A stretch of 64,000 nucleotides of DNA, taken from contig CAZEXI010000005.1 in the NCBI GenBank assembly GCA_964516805.1, positions 1,556 to 65,555 on the forward strand, written 5' to 3'. Source of the stretch: an uncultured Thermoplasmata archaeon. GTDB lineage: Archaea > Thermoplasmatota > Thermoplasmata > Halarchaeoplasmatales > Halarchaeoplasmataceae. This document shows, piece by piece, positions 45,115 to 53,880 of the stretch. Made by a program: the position numbers and the translations under genes. Each line of letters opens with the position of its first letter. Position 1 is the first letter of the stretch. Under the pieces are notes generated by a model. The model had not been told where the DNA came from. It searched no databases and worked only from the letters and a program-made list of their open reading frames with translations.

Positions 45115-48100
45115 TCATTCTAACAGATCGTCTAACTTTTCTTTCATCTTTTCTACCTTTTCCCTCTTTTCTTCTATCTCTTTCTCCCTATTTGATAGTT
45201 CCTTATCCCATTCTTGAAGTTCTTCCTCTCTTTTCTCAACCCTCTCAACCTTTTCAGACTCTTCTTTGATCTCATCCAATAAACCTGTTAAACGTTTTTC
45301 TTCTTCTTTTATCTCATCCCACTCTTCATCGAGCTTTTCTTTTTCTTCCTCTATAGAATTTTCTTTCTCCCTAAGTGTGGATTCTAGATCTTTTAATTCA
45401 TCTCTTTTCTTTTTAAGTTCCTTTTCTCTCGTAGAGATCTCTTTTTCCAGCTCATCCCTCTTTTCTTTGTACTTTTGTATCTCATCAGATAATTCTTTGT
45501 TCAATTCTTCCTCTTTTTCTTTTTTCTCCTTTGCATAATCTAGAAAATCTAAAGCCTGTTTTTTCAGATCTTTTATTTCTTCTCTTTCTTCTTTTAAACT
45601 CTCTTCCCTATCTTTTAAAGATTCTGATTTATCATCTAATCTACTGGCCTTTTCACTAAGTTTCTCCTCCCATTCAGCTACTTTAGCCTCTCTCATCTCA
45701 ACTCTAGAAATCTTAGCAGGGATCTTTTCCTCCATCTCTTTTAGTTCTTTTCTTTTACTTTTTAATCTATTTTCTAGATTTACCAGCTTTTCTCTTTTAT
45801 CAGCTAAACGTTTTTCTCTCTCTTCGATCTCATTCTTCTTCTTATAAGCTGCCTTACTCCATGATTTTGCTTTTTCCATCTCGTTTATAACTTCCTGGAT
45901 TTCCTTATCTACACGTTCTTCCTTATTTGCTATCTCTTTTTCTCTTTCCTCAATACTTCTAGCTCTCTTATCCAACTCTGATTTCCTCTCATCCAATTCT
46001 TCTTTTAACTCTGATAAATGCTTTTCTTTATCGCTTATTTCATCCTCCCTCTGCTCAATTTCTTTTAATCTACTGCCAATTTTGTTCCAATATTGAAGAA
46101 CTTCCTTCCGTTCACCCTCTATACTATCTTTTTGACTCTCAATATATTCTTTCTCTTGATCGATCCTTTCTTTTTTATTTTCAATTTCTCTTTCCTTATC
46201 ATTTAGAATCTTTTCACGCTCTAATAGTTTGTCTTTCTTCCTTTCTATCTCCTTCTCACGTTCATCTAATTTGCTTCTAAGATTCTCAAGTTCTTTTTCT
46301 TCATTTTCTATTCTTTCTTCTATCTTAGCTATTTTGTCTTTTTTCTCTTCGATGATCTCTTTATTCTTATCAAGCTGACCTCTTTCCTTTTCTAAATCTT
46401 TCTCGCGTTGGGTCAACTGTTCTTCTCTATCCTCCAGCAACTCTTCTCTATTATTAAGCTCAACTTTTTTATCTTCATACGCTGCTTTGATCGCTGCTTT
46501 CTCCTCTTCAAAGTTATTTCTCTCCTCTTGCAGTTTTTTCTCTCTTTCAGAAAGATCATCCTCCCATTTTTGGAGACTGACGTTTAATTCTTGTATCCTT
46601 CCCTTCTCTCTATCCAATTCCTCCCTTTTCTCTCTTATTTCCTTTTCAAACTCTTTTTCACGTTCTACTAATATATCCTCTCTAAAATACAATTCAATAC
46701 TTAATTTATCTAAAAATTCTTGTTTCTGGTTCAACTCTTTTTTACGACCATCTAAAATATTCTCTCTTTCAGCGAGTTTTTTCTCTTTCCTTACAAGACT
46801 GCCCTTTTTACCCGCCAATTTTCTTTGCTTTTTTTGTAAATCTTCTTCAAGTGACCTTAGCTCATTCCTTTTACTTTCGATCTCTTCCTCATCTTCTATT
46901 ATCTGTTCAGACCTATCATCTAGATTCTTCTTCTGTTTCTCAAGTATTTCCTCCCTTTTATCTAACTCCTGTTTCCTATTTTCAAGATCCTTTTCTAAAT
47001 TATCTATCTTCTCTCTTTTTACTTCTAAATCCTCTTCTAAAGAATTTAAATCTGTCTCCATTGACTCTAACCGCTCTTCCTTTTCTTGTAATTCTTCTTC
47101 CCATTTAGATATCTCCTCTTCCCGTTTATCGATCTCGGTACTTCTGTTATCTAGTTTCTCAGATTTCTTCTCTAACTGTTTTTCTTTATCATCCAATTTT
47201 GTTTTCCTATCTTCTAGCTCTTCCCTCGCTTTTTCAATCCTTTCATTTTCATCCTCTAGTTTTTGAGCTTTATTCTCAAGTTCTTCTTCAAGGTCTGCTA
47301 GTTCATCCTCTCTCTCTGCTAACGATCTTTTTTCTTCTTCTATCTGACTTTTCTCTTCAGAAATTTTCTCAAATTCTTTTTCTATCTCCTTTCCCTTATT
47401 CTCTAATTTATTAGACCACTTATCCAATGATTGTTCCCTTTCATCCAAATCATCTTCTAATTCATTCAATCGTTTCTCTTTTTTATCAATTATTTCCTCT
47501 CTTTTCTCCAACTCTTCTTCCTGTTCTTCGAGCTCTTCTTTTCTTTTGTCTAACTCACTTTTTATCTTATCCTGTTTAGATTCTGTTTTATCTAGATTTT
47601 CCTTTCTAACATCGAGCTCTTCTTCTCTGTTTTTCAGTTTTTCTTCTAAATTTGCAAGTTCTCTCTCCTTTTCAACTAAATCATCTTCTTTAGATTCTAA
47701 ATTTGCCTTGAGATCATCCAGTTCCTCTTCCTTCTCATCTAACTCTTCTACCCTCTCTTCGAGCTCCTCCTCTCTTTCTTTTATCTCTTGCTTTCTCTTT
47801 TCAAATTTCTCTCTCTGGTTGGCCAGTTCATCTGACTCTGTTGCTATATGGTCCTCACGAGATTTTATTTCTTTCTCACGCTGACTCAACTTATTCTCTT
47901 TTTGATTCAGATCAGATTCCTGAGAATCTAATTTTTCTTTCTTTGATTCTAAAAAGTCCTGCAATGATTCAAGGTCTTCTTTACGTTCATCTAATTTTTT
48001 CTCACGAGAATCAAGATTACCTTTTTGTTCTTCCAGGTCATCAGCAAGCTTGTTTAAACGATCAGCCTCACTTGATAAGTTTTCTTCTCTATCTGATAAT

Positions 48101-48867
48101 GTCTGTTTTCTTTCTTCAATATCTGCTTCCTTTTCTCTTAATTCTGATTCAAGTTCTTCCAATCCCTTCTTTTTATCTTCTAAATTTGAAGACTCCTTTT
48201 CTATTTTATCTTCCCTTTCTTGGAGATTATCTTCTTTTTCTTGTAACTCTTTTTCCCTCTCCACTATTTTTGATCGCTCTTTTTCTATCTGTTCCTTTTC
48301 TTTCTCTAATCTTGTCTCTAACTCTGATAATTCATCCTCTTTTGATTCAATAGATTCCTGCTTCTCATTCAATTCTCTCTTTAGTTTCTCTAATTTTGCC
48401 TCCTTCTCCCTTGTTCTTTCGCTCCAAAATCTTAAGCTTTCTTCAATCTCTTCTAAAGCCTCTTTCTTTTTAAGAAGCCTATTCTCCTCTTTTAATTCAG
48501 AACTGTCGTCTTTTAAGGCGTCTTTTCCTTCAGAATATTCATCTATAATATCTTCAATGGAATCTTCATCATCTTCTATATCAATCTTCAATTTTTCATC
48601 AGATGCTTTCATCTGAGATATATTAGTCTTCAATTTTGATATCTTTCTCTCAACCCTTTCTTTCTCTTCTCTTACAATCTCTAAATACAAACTTTCATTG
48701 CTTCTAACCTTATTTTCCTCTAAAAAATCATCTATTCTTTCCTGAAGTTTTTCTTTTTCTTCCTTGAGGTCCTTTAATTTTCCCTCAGCCTCCTTTAAAT
48801 TCATCTCATCTTTTTTGGATTCGGTGCTATCCCCTTTATCCTGGATATCTGAACCGGTTTTTTCCAT
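45115..48867 (-). CDS. giant E/K/R-rich coiled-coil / single-alpha-helix-like protein
   Basis: 1250-aa uninterrupted ORF made almost entirely of charged heptad-like repeats (REKEL, KEEEL). No globular domain, TM or signal peptide was seen. Nine Trp residues lie in a recurring [KE]W[EDS]..L context. Confidence 0.75.
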   Translation of the reverse strand: MEKTGSDIQDKGDSTESKKDEMNLKEAEGKLKDLKEEKEKLQERIDDFLEENKVRSNESLYLEIVREEKERVERKISKLKTNISQMKASDEKLKIDIEDDEDSIEDIIDEYSEGKDALKDDSSELKEENRLLKKKEALEEIEESLRFWSERTREKEAKLEKLKRELNEKQESIESKEDELSELETRLEKEKEQIEKERSKIVEREKELQEKEDNLQEREDKIEKESSNLEDKKKGLEELESELREKEADIEERKQTLSDREENLSSEADRLNKLADDLEEQKGNLDSREKKLDERKEDLESLQDFLESKKEKLDSQESDLNQKENKLSQREKEIKSREDHIATESDELANQREKFEKRKQEIKEREEELEERVEELDEKEEELDDLKANLESKEDDLVEKERELANLEEKLKNREEELDVRKENLDKTESKQDKIKSELDKRKEELEEQEEELEKREEIIDKKEKRLNELEDDLDEREQSLDKWSNKLENKGKEIEKEFEKISEEKSQIEEEKRSLAEREDELADLEEELENKAQKLEDENERIEKAREELEDRKTKLDDKEKQLEKKSEKLDNRSTEIDKREEEISKWEEELQEKEERLESMETDLNSLEEDLEVKREKIDNLEKDLENRKQELDKREEILEKQKKNLDDRSEQIIEDEEEIESKRNELRSLEEDLQKKQRKLAGKKGSLVRKEKKLAERENILDGRKKELNQKQEFLDKLSIELYFREDILVEREKEFEKEIREKREELDREKGRIQELNVSLQKWEDDLSEREKKLQEERNNFEEEKAAIKAAYEDKKVELNNREELLEDREEQLTQREKDLEKERGQLDKNKEIIEEKKDKIAKIEERIENEEKELENLRSKLDEREKEIERKKDKLLEREKILNDKEREIENKKERIDQEKEYIESQKDSIEGERKEVLQYWNKIGSRLKEIEQREDEISDKEKHLSELKEELDERKSELDKRARSIEEREKEIANKEERVDKEIQEVINEMEKAKSWSKAAYKKKNEIEEREKRLADKREKLVNLENRLKSKRKELKEMEEKIPAKISRVEMREAKVAEWEEKLSEKASRLDDKSESLKDREESLKEEREEIKDLKKQALDFLDYAKEKKEKEEELNKELSDEIQKYKEKRDELEKEISTREKELKKKRDELKDLESTLREKENSIEEEKEKLDEEWDEIKEEEKRLTGLLDEIKEESEKVERVEKREEELQEWDKELSNREKEIEEKREKVEKMKEKLDDLLE

Positions 48868-49031
48868 GGAGTTTCACGCAACCGTAACTTCTTTTATTAC
48901 ACTTAGGGTCTTTAATATTTTCTATAATTTAATAAACATCGATATCAATAGATGTAATCACTTTAGATAATTTGATGAAGAAACAAAAAATATAATTTAC
49001 TTTATTTTCATATACTTTTAGAGGAATCACT
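48868..49031. promoter_or_regulatory. divergent promoter region of the two coiled-coil genes
   Basis: 164-nt AT-rich spacer with TATA-like boxes on both strands (aaaatataattt; ttatagaaaatatt). GAGG lies 8 nt upstream of the 49032 ATG. Confidence 0.35.
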
Positions 49032-50894
49032 ATGAAGATACCTGCAGGGAAAACTCTCAAATCAAAATTTGGAGGCGAAGGGGAAATAGATACATACATG
49101 GAAGAAGCAAAAAATAATAATTTTATAGGGTTCATATATACTGAGCTAATAAAAAAAGACTCAATATCTAAAGGTTATATTGTTTTTAAGAATAACCAAG
49201 TTAAAGCTGCTTTTCACGAAGGGATAAAAGAGAGTTTTGGTAAAAAATCCATCAGATACATCATCAATGATTCATTGGATGAAGACTGCAGGATAGAACT
49301 CCATTCTTATAATTATGAATCCTCATCTATAACTTTAAAACAGGTTCTTAAAAGTAAAGATGATTGGTTGATAGAAGATGAAGAGGATATTTCTTTAGAA
49401 ATAAAACGTGGAAAAAATTTAGAGGATGAACATACAGTTTTAGATGATCTTGAAGACTCTATCAATAAATTGACTGAAGATGCAAGAACAGGAGAAATTG
49501 ACCTCGAGCTAGAACTGGATGAAATAACTGATATCAAAGAGATGGAAGAACTGATTGAATATCTGAAAGAAAGTGAAGATATCTTCGACGAGGCAGAACA
49601 GGAAATCGAGGAGTTCAAGAAAACTAAAAAGAGAGATGAACTGGAAAAAATAAGTAAAGACCTTGAAAATAAAAAGAGAAACCTGGAGGAGTACGAAGAA
49701 AAACTCAAAAAAAGATCAGATGAGATAAAGAAAAAAGAAGAAAAATTAAATGAAAAAGCTGCTGCTGTTGAAGATAGATTTGAAAGTGTCAAAAATCTAT
49801 GGGCTGAAGTTGAACAAGCTACTAAAAAGATCTCTTCTACCAAGGATGATCTAGAAAAAAGGATCGACGATCTTATTAAAAGAGAAAAACTTGTTTTAGA
49901 AGAAAAGAGTAAAATCGAGCAAAGAAAAGAGGAATTAGAAGACCGTGAGGACAGATTGAATAAATTATCATACAAATTAGAAGATAAAAAATCTGAATTA
50001 GATAAACGTGAGAGCAATATTAAGGAAGAACGTTCTGATGTCGACGATCTAAAAAACCGTTTAGAGGATAAAAAAGAAAGACTATCAGAAAAGGAAAAAG
50101 ATTTGGAACAACTTGAAGATCGTTTAAACAACAGAAGAGAAAATCTAGATAAAAAAAGACATGCCCTGGAAAATAAGGAAATGAAAATAGAGAGTAAAGA
50201 GGACGTTCTAGACGATAAATTAAACAACGTTGAAGAAAAAATATCAGACTTTGAGTCTAAAATCAAGGAGCTAGAAGATATTGAATCTGGAATGAAAGAG
50301 AAAAAAGAAGAACTCTTTAAGATTGAAGAGGAACTATCAGAGAGGGAGGAAAAGCTCGAAAAAATCGAAAAGGAATTGAATGAACGTAAAGAAGAATTGA
50401 AAAAGAAAGAGAAAGAAATCGAAAAAGGAAAAAATGAATTGCAAGAGAGGATAAATGACCTAGATAGACGGGAAAAAGAATTAGATAAAAAACAGGAAAA
50501 ATTAGATTCACGAAGAAAGCAGCTCGAAAATAATGAACAAGAACTTCAAAGGGAAAGACAAAAAATCAAAGACGAGTGGAAAGAAATCGAAGAGGAAAAA
50601 GAATATATTAAACAGCAAAATAAAAAGCTAGCTGGTAAGAAGGGAGCGTTGACAAAAAGAGAAAAGAGATTAGACCAGAATGAAAAAGAACTGAACGAAT
50701 TGAAGAAAGAAATAGATGAGAAAAGTAAAGAAATCAAAGAAAAGGAAGAAAACCTAAAAGAAAAAGAAGAAGAAATAAATAAAAATAAAGATAAATTAAA
50801 AAAGAGAAAAGAAAAGTTGGATGAAAAAGAGTCTGAACTCAAAGAAAAAGAAAAATCTTTAGAAGAATTGAAGAAAGGTCTGGATGAAATCTAA
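49032..50894 (+). CDS. PATAN/DUF4388-like N-terminal domain fused to E/K-rich coiled coil
   Basis: 620 aa. The first ~115 aa are globular (FIGFIYTEL...KGYIVFKNNQVKAAFHEG...GKKSIRYII...RIELHSY). The remainder resembles the 1250-aa neighbour and shares the motif KKLAGKKG(A/S)L.(K/R)(R/K)EK.L. Confidence 0.7.
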   Translation: MKIPAGKTLKSKFGGEGEIDTYMEEAKNNNFIGFIYTELIKKDSISKGYIVFKNNQVKAAFHEGIKESFGKKSIRYIINDSLDEDCRIELHSYNYESSSITLKQVLKSKDDWLIEDEEDISLEIKRGKNLEDEHTVLDDLEDSINKLTEDARTGEIDLELELDEITDIKEMEELIEYLKESEDIFDEAEQEIEEFKKTKKRDELEKISKDLENKKRNLEEYEEKLKKRSDEIKKKEEKLNEKAAAVEDRFESVKNLWAEVEQATKKISSTKDDLEKRIDDLIKREKLVLEEKSKIEQRKEELEDREDRLNKLSYKLEDKKSELDKRESNIKEERSDVDDLKNRLEDKKERLSEKEKDLEQLEDRLNNRRENLDKKRHALENKEMKIESKEDVLDDKLNNVEEKISDFESKIKELEDIESGMKEKKEELFKIEEELSEREEKLEKIEKELNERKEELKKKEKEIEKGKNELQERINDLDRREKELDKKQEKLDSRRKQLENNEQELQRERQKIKDEWKEIEEEKEYIKQQNKKLAGKKGALTKREKRLDQNEKELNELKKEIDEKSKEIKEKEENLKEKEEEINKNKDKLKKRKEKLDEKESELKEKEKSLEELKKGLDEI

Positions 50895-50952
50895 AAAAAT
50901 TTTTATGATTTTAGAAAAACTTATTATACTGATTTAAGCGATTATTTTCTTA

Positions 50953-52218
50953 ATGGGATTGATCTCAATAGATATATTTACGTTCATTATCGCTCTTTTA
51001 CTAGGTTTACTGATAGGTACTGAGAGAGAATACCATGCAATGTCGGAGGGGGTGCTGGTGATAGCAGGGATGAGGACATTCACATTAATATCTTTGCTGG
51101 GATTCTTTATTTCATTCAATTTTACTAAATCCGATCTTATCTATTTTGCTGGAATCGGAATAATTTTTTGCGTGTTCATATCTACTCTTATCATAAAACA
51201 AAAGATTGAAGATCCTGGTATGACGACTTCAGTATCACTTATTGTAATATTCTTGATCGGCCTATCAGTAGGTGCAGGTTATCTGATCGAACCGATTATA
51301 ATAGGACTTGCAGTTTTCTCGTTGAATTATTCTAAAAGAAAACTTCATTACTTTGCTGAATTGCTTGATGAAGAAGAGCTGATGAGTGCTGTTAGGTTTC
51401 TGTCTGTTATTGCAATATTTATCCCCTTAGCCTACACGATAGGTACTGTTCATCCTTTGATTGGACCCGGCAAGGTTTTTGACACTGTCAAATTTTTATT
51501 GATGATAGTTTTCGTTTCCACGATCTCATTTGTTAGTTATCTAGTTACTAAAATAATTGGCACTTCTAAAGGGCTTAAGATATCTGCTTTTTTCGGAGGT
51601 TTTGTAAGTTCTGCAGCCTCAACCGCATCCATGTCTGAAAAACTAAAAGGTAATCGCAAAATGATCAACACCATATTCAGTTCAATTTTAATCACTAACA
51701 TCTCGATGTTCTTGAAAAGTTTGATCATACTTTTTACGATAGCTGGAATCGGATTATCTTTAAAATTTTTCTGGCCTGTTTCTATATTTATTGCTGTTAC
51801 GCTTTTCTTTGTATTTTACAAGAAAAGTAAAAGAGCAAAAGATGCTGAAGAGCTCAAATTAGGAACACCTTTTGGTATCATACCTGCAGCAAAATTTGCA
51901 GCACTGTTTATCATCATCTCAGTTTTCACTTATTTTGCAAAAACCTACCTTGGTCCAGTAGGTATCTATGCCTCAGCTATCGGTGGTTTTGTATCAACAA
52001 CATCAGTAACTGCCTCGATGGCTAGTCTGTATTCTTCAGGAGAAATCTCTAGCAGTATCGCTTTGACCACCCTTTTACTTTCAGTTCTTTTTGGCACTAT
52101 TTCTAAAATTTTTATTGTAAGAACATACGATAAAGAATTATCTAAAAAAATCATCATCCCTTTTACAATAATCTCCTTGATCATACTTACAGCATCTATA
52201 ATTTCCATTTTAGGATAG
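50953..52218 (+). CDS. MgtC/SapB-family membrane protein with DUF4010 domain
   Basis: 421 aa and polytopic. The N-terminal LLLGLLIGTEREY is the MgtC signature, and the long C-terminal TM region is DUF4010-like. Confidence 0.7.
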   Translation: MGLISIDIFTFIIALLLGLLIGTEREYHAMSEGVLVIAGMRTFTLISLLGFFISFNFTKSDLIYFAGIGIIFCVFISTLIIKQKIEDPGMTTSVSLIVIFLIGLSVGAGYLIEPIIIGLAVFSLNYSKRKLHYFAELLDEEELMSAVRFLSVIAIFIPLAYTIGTVHPLIGPGKVFDTVKFLLMIVFVSTISFVSYLVTKIIGTSKGLKISAFFGGFVSSAASTASMSEKLKGNRKMINTIFSSILITNISMFLKSLIILFTIAGIGLSLKFFWPVSIFIAVTLFFVFYKKSKRAKDAEELKLGTPFGIIPAAKFAALFIIISVFTYFAKTYLGPVGIYASAIGGFVSTTSVTASMASLYSSGEISSSIALTTLLLSVLFGTISKIFIVRTYDKELSKKIIIPFTIISLIILTASIISILG

Positions 52219-52251
52219 GAAAATAAATAAACCTCTTTTAACTAGGGTACA

Positions 52252-53838
52252 TTGATGTTGATCAGCAGTGGAATCATATATGCTATAATATTGATAGGCA
52301 GTTTCATAGGTGTATTTGCAGTCTTAGATAAATTAGGAGTAATACAAAAATACGGTTTAGAACTTTCTGGCCCCTTCCTTATGTGGAAAACAGAAAGGGG
52401 TAAAAAACTGATCGATAGGATTGCTAAAAAAAAGAAATTTTGGGAAAGATATGGTAACTTCGCTTTGATCATCGTATCTATTTGTATGGCTATAATATTA
52501 TTATTAGTTATCTGGTCAGCATATGTTGCTACGACAATACCAGCTTCTCAAGCTCCTTCTCCTGAATATATCTTAGGTATACCGGGCATAAATCCATTGA
52601 TACCAATATGGTATGGTATATTAGGATTGGCTATAGCTATTATTATCCACGAATTCTCTCACGGTATACTGGCTAGAGCTGCTGATATCAAAGTTAAATC
52701 ACTCGGATTGATATTTTTAGTAGTTCCCATGGGGGCTTTTGTCGAACCTGATGAGGACGAATTAGAGAATGTAGAGCATATCAAAAGAGATAGAGTTTAC
52801 GCTGTTGGTCCTACTGCAAATATAGTACTAGCTGTTATCATGGTACTCTTATTTTCATCGGTTATGATGGGAGCTGTATCTGCAAAGGAAGACGGGGTTG
52901 TGGTGAATACCATCGTAAACGATTCTCCTATAGACAATACTGGAATAGAAAAAGGAGAACAGATCATAAAAATTGGAGATACAAAAATCAACGATTTCGA
53001 TGATGTCCATTCCCTTGAATATGAGCCACTGCAAAAAGTCAATGTGAGCAGTAAATATGATGGAAAACGGAAGTCTACTGAGGTTACAGCAGGTCTGGTT
53101 ATTTTAGCAACAACTAATAACTATCCTGCTGACGATGCAGGCCTGAAGAAGGGTGACATAATTTTAAGGATGAACGATGAACTTATCCATAATTATGATG
53201 ATTTCGATTCATTTTTATATAATACATCTGCAGAACAATCTATCACTGTAACTTATAAAAGATCAGGCCAAGAACTTGATAACACGACTCTCAAATTAAA
53301 GGATAAATACGAAAGTTACGAAGAACTTAATCCAACACAAAATAAAGAAGAATACAAAGGCAAAGGTTACATGGGCGTCTCAGTTTCATATATGGGTTTC
53401 GCTGGCTGGGATATTAACATGCTCCCAGACCTGCTTGCTCATCCATTCAAAGATGCTGATACCATAGGTGATTACTTCACTTCATCCATGAGATACATAG
53501 CACTACCTTTCAGTGGTTTAAGCCCAGTTCCTGAAGATATAGGAAGCCTGTATCAAATAAATGGAGTTTTGTCCTTCATGCCTAACAATGTATTTTGGAT
53601 CGTAGCTAATTCGATGTACTGGATATTTTGGCTCAATCTGATGGTAGGATTATTCAATGCACTGCCTGCGGTTCCACTGGACGGTGGATATATTTTCAAT
53701 GATGGAGTGACAAAACTGATGGAAAAAATCGGAGTTAAAAAGGAGACCGGAGAGAAGATCGCTAACAATCTCACATATGCAATCGCTCTGTTCATACTGT
53801 TCCTGATAATCTGGCAGCTGGTCGGACCTAGATTGTGA
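52252..53838 (+). CDS. site-2 protease (peptidase M50) with PDZ domains
   Basis: 528 aa with HEFSHG zinc motif in a TM helix and C-terminal NALPAVPLDGG. Two PDZ-like inserts are present (GIEKGEQIIKIGD; GLKKGDIILRMND). Confidence 0.85.
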   Translation: MMLISSGIIYAIILIGSFIGVFAVLDKLGVIQKYGLELSGPFLMWKTERGKKLIDRIAKKKKFWERYGNFALIIVSICMAIILLLVIWSAYVATTIPASQAPSPEYILGIPGINPLIPIWYGILGLAIAIIIHEFSHGILARAADIKVKSLGLIFLVVPMGAFVEPDEDELENVEHIKRDRVYAVGPTANIVLAVIMVLLFSSVMMGAVSAKEDGVVVNTIVNDSPIDNTGIEKGEQIIKIGDTKINDFDDVHSLEYEPLQKVNVSSKYDGKRKSTEVTAGLVILATTNNYPADDAGLKKGDIILRMNDELIHNYDDFDSFLYNTSAEQSITVTYKRSGQELDNTTLKLKDKYESYEELNPTQNKEEYKGKGYMGVSVSYMGFAGWDINMLPDLLAHPFKDADTIGDYFTSSMRYIALPFSGLSPVPEDIGSLYQINGVLSFMPNNVFWIVANSMYWIFWLNLMVGLFNALPAVPLDGGYIFNDGVTKLMEKIGVKKETGEKIANNLTYAIALFILFLIIWQLVGPRL

Positions 53839-53880
53839 CATCCGAAATAACTATTAGTTCATTTTCCTTTTATCATATCC

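Noticed and set aside
45115-48867. Spectrin-like ~106-aa repeat organisation suggested by recurrent Trp motifs in the 1250-aa protein
   Set aside because: The Trp positions I counted are 148, 484, 589, 768, 927, 1003, 1066, 1183 and 1220. Their spacing is irregular, so a fixed-length spectrin-type repeat is not supported.
42840-48867. Functional coupling of CDC48 with the giant coiled-coil gene as an operon
   Set aside because: The genes share a strand but are separated by 88 nt, and CDC48 is a ubiquitous housekeeping gene. Adjacency alone is insufficient, so it is mentioned only as context.
45266-50842. Many long ORFs antisense to the two coiled-coil genes (e.g. 46487..47266, 47546..47884, 48050..48616, 49313..50266, 50546..50842), translating to Ser/Phe/Leu-rich low-complexity proteins
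   Set aside because: They are the reverse-complement reading of GAA/AAG/GAG-rich codons, which cannot produce stop codons. The composition is non-protein-like, and every one is fully nested in a much longer sense ORF.
45115-50894. Repetitive region as a CRISPR array or tandem DNA repeat
   Set aside because: There are no unit-length direct repeats with unique spacers. The repetitiveness is codon-level and compositional, within continuous ORFs.
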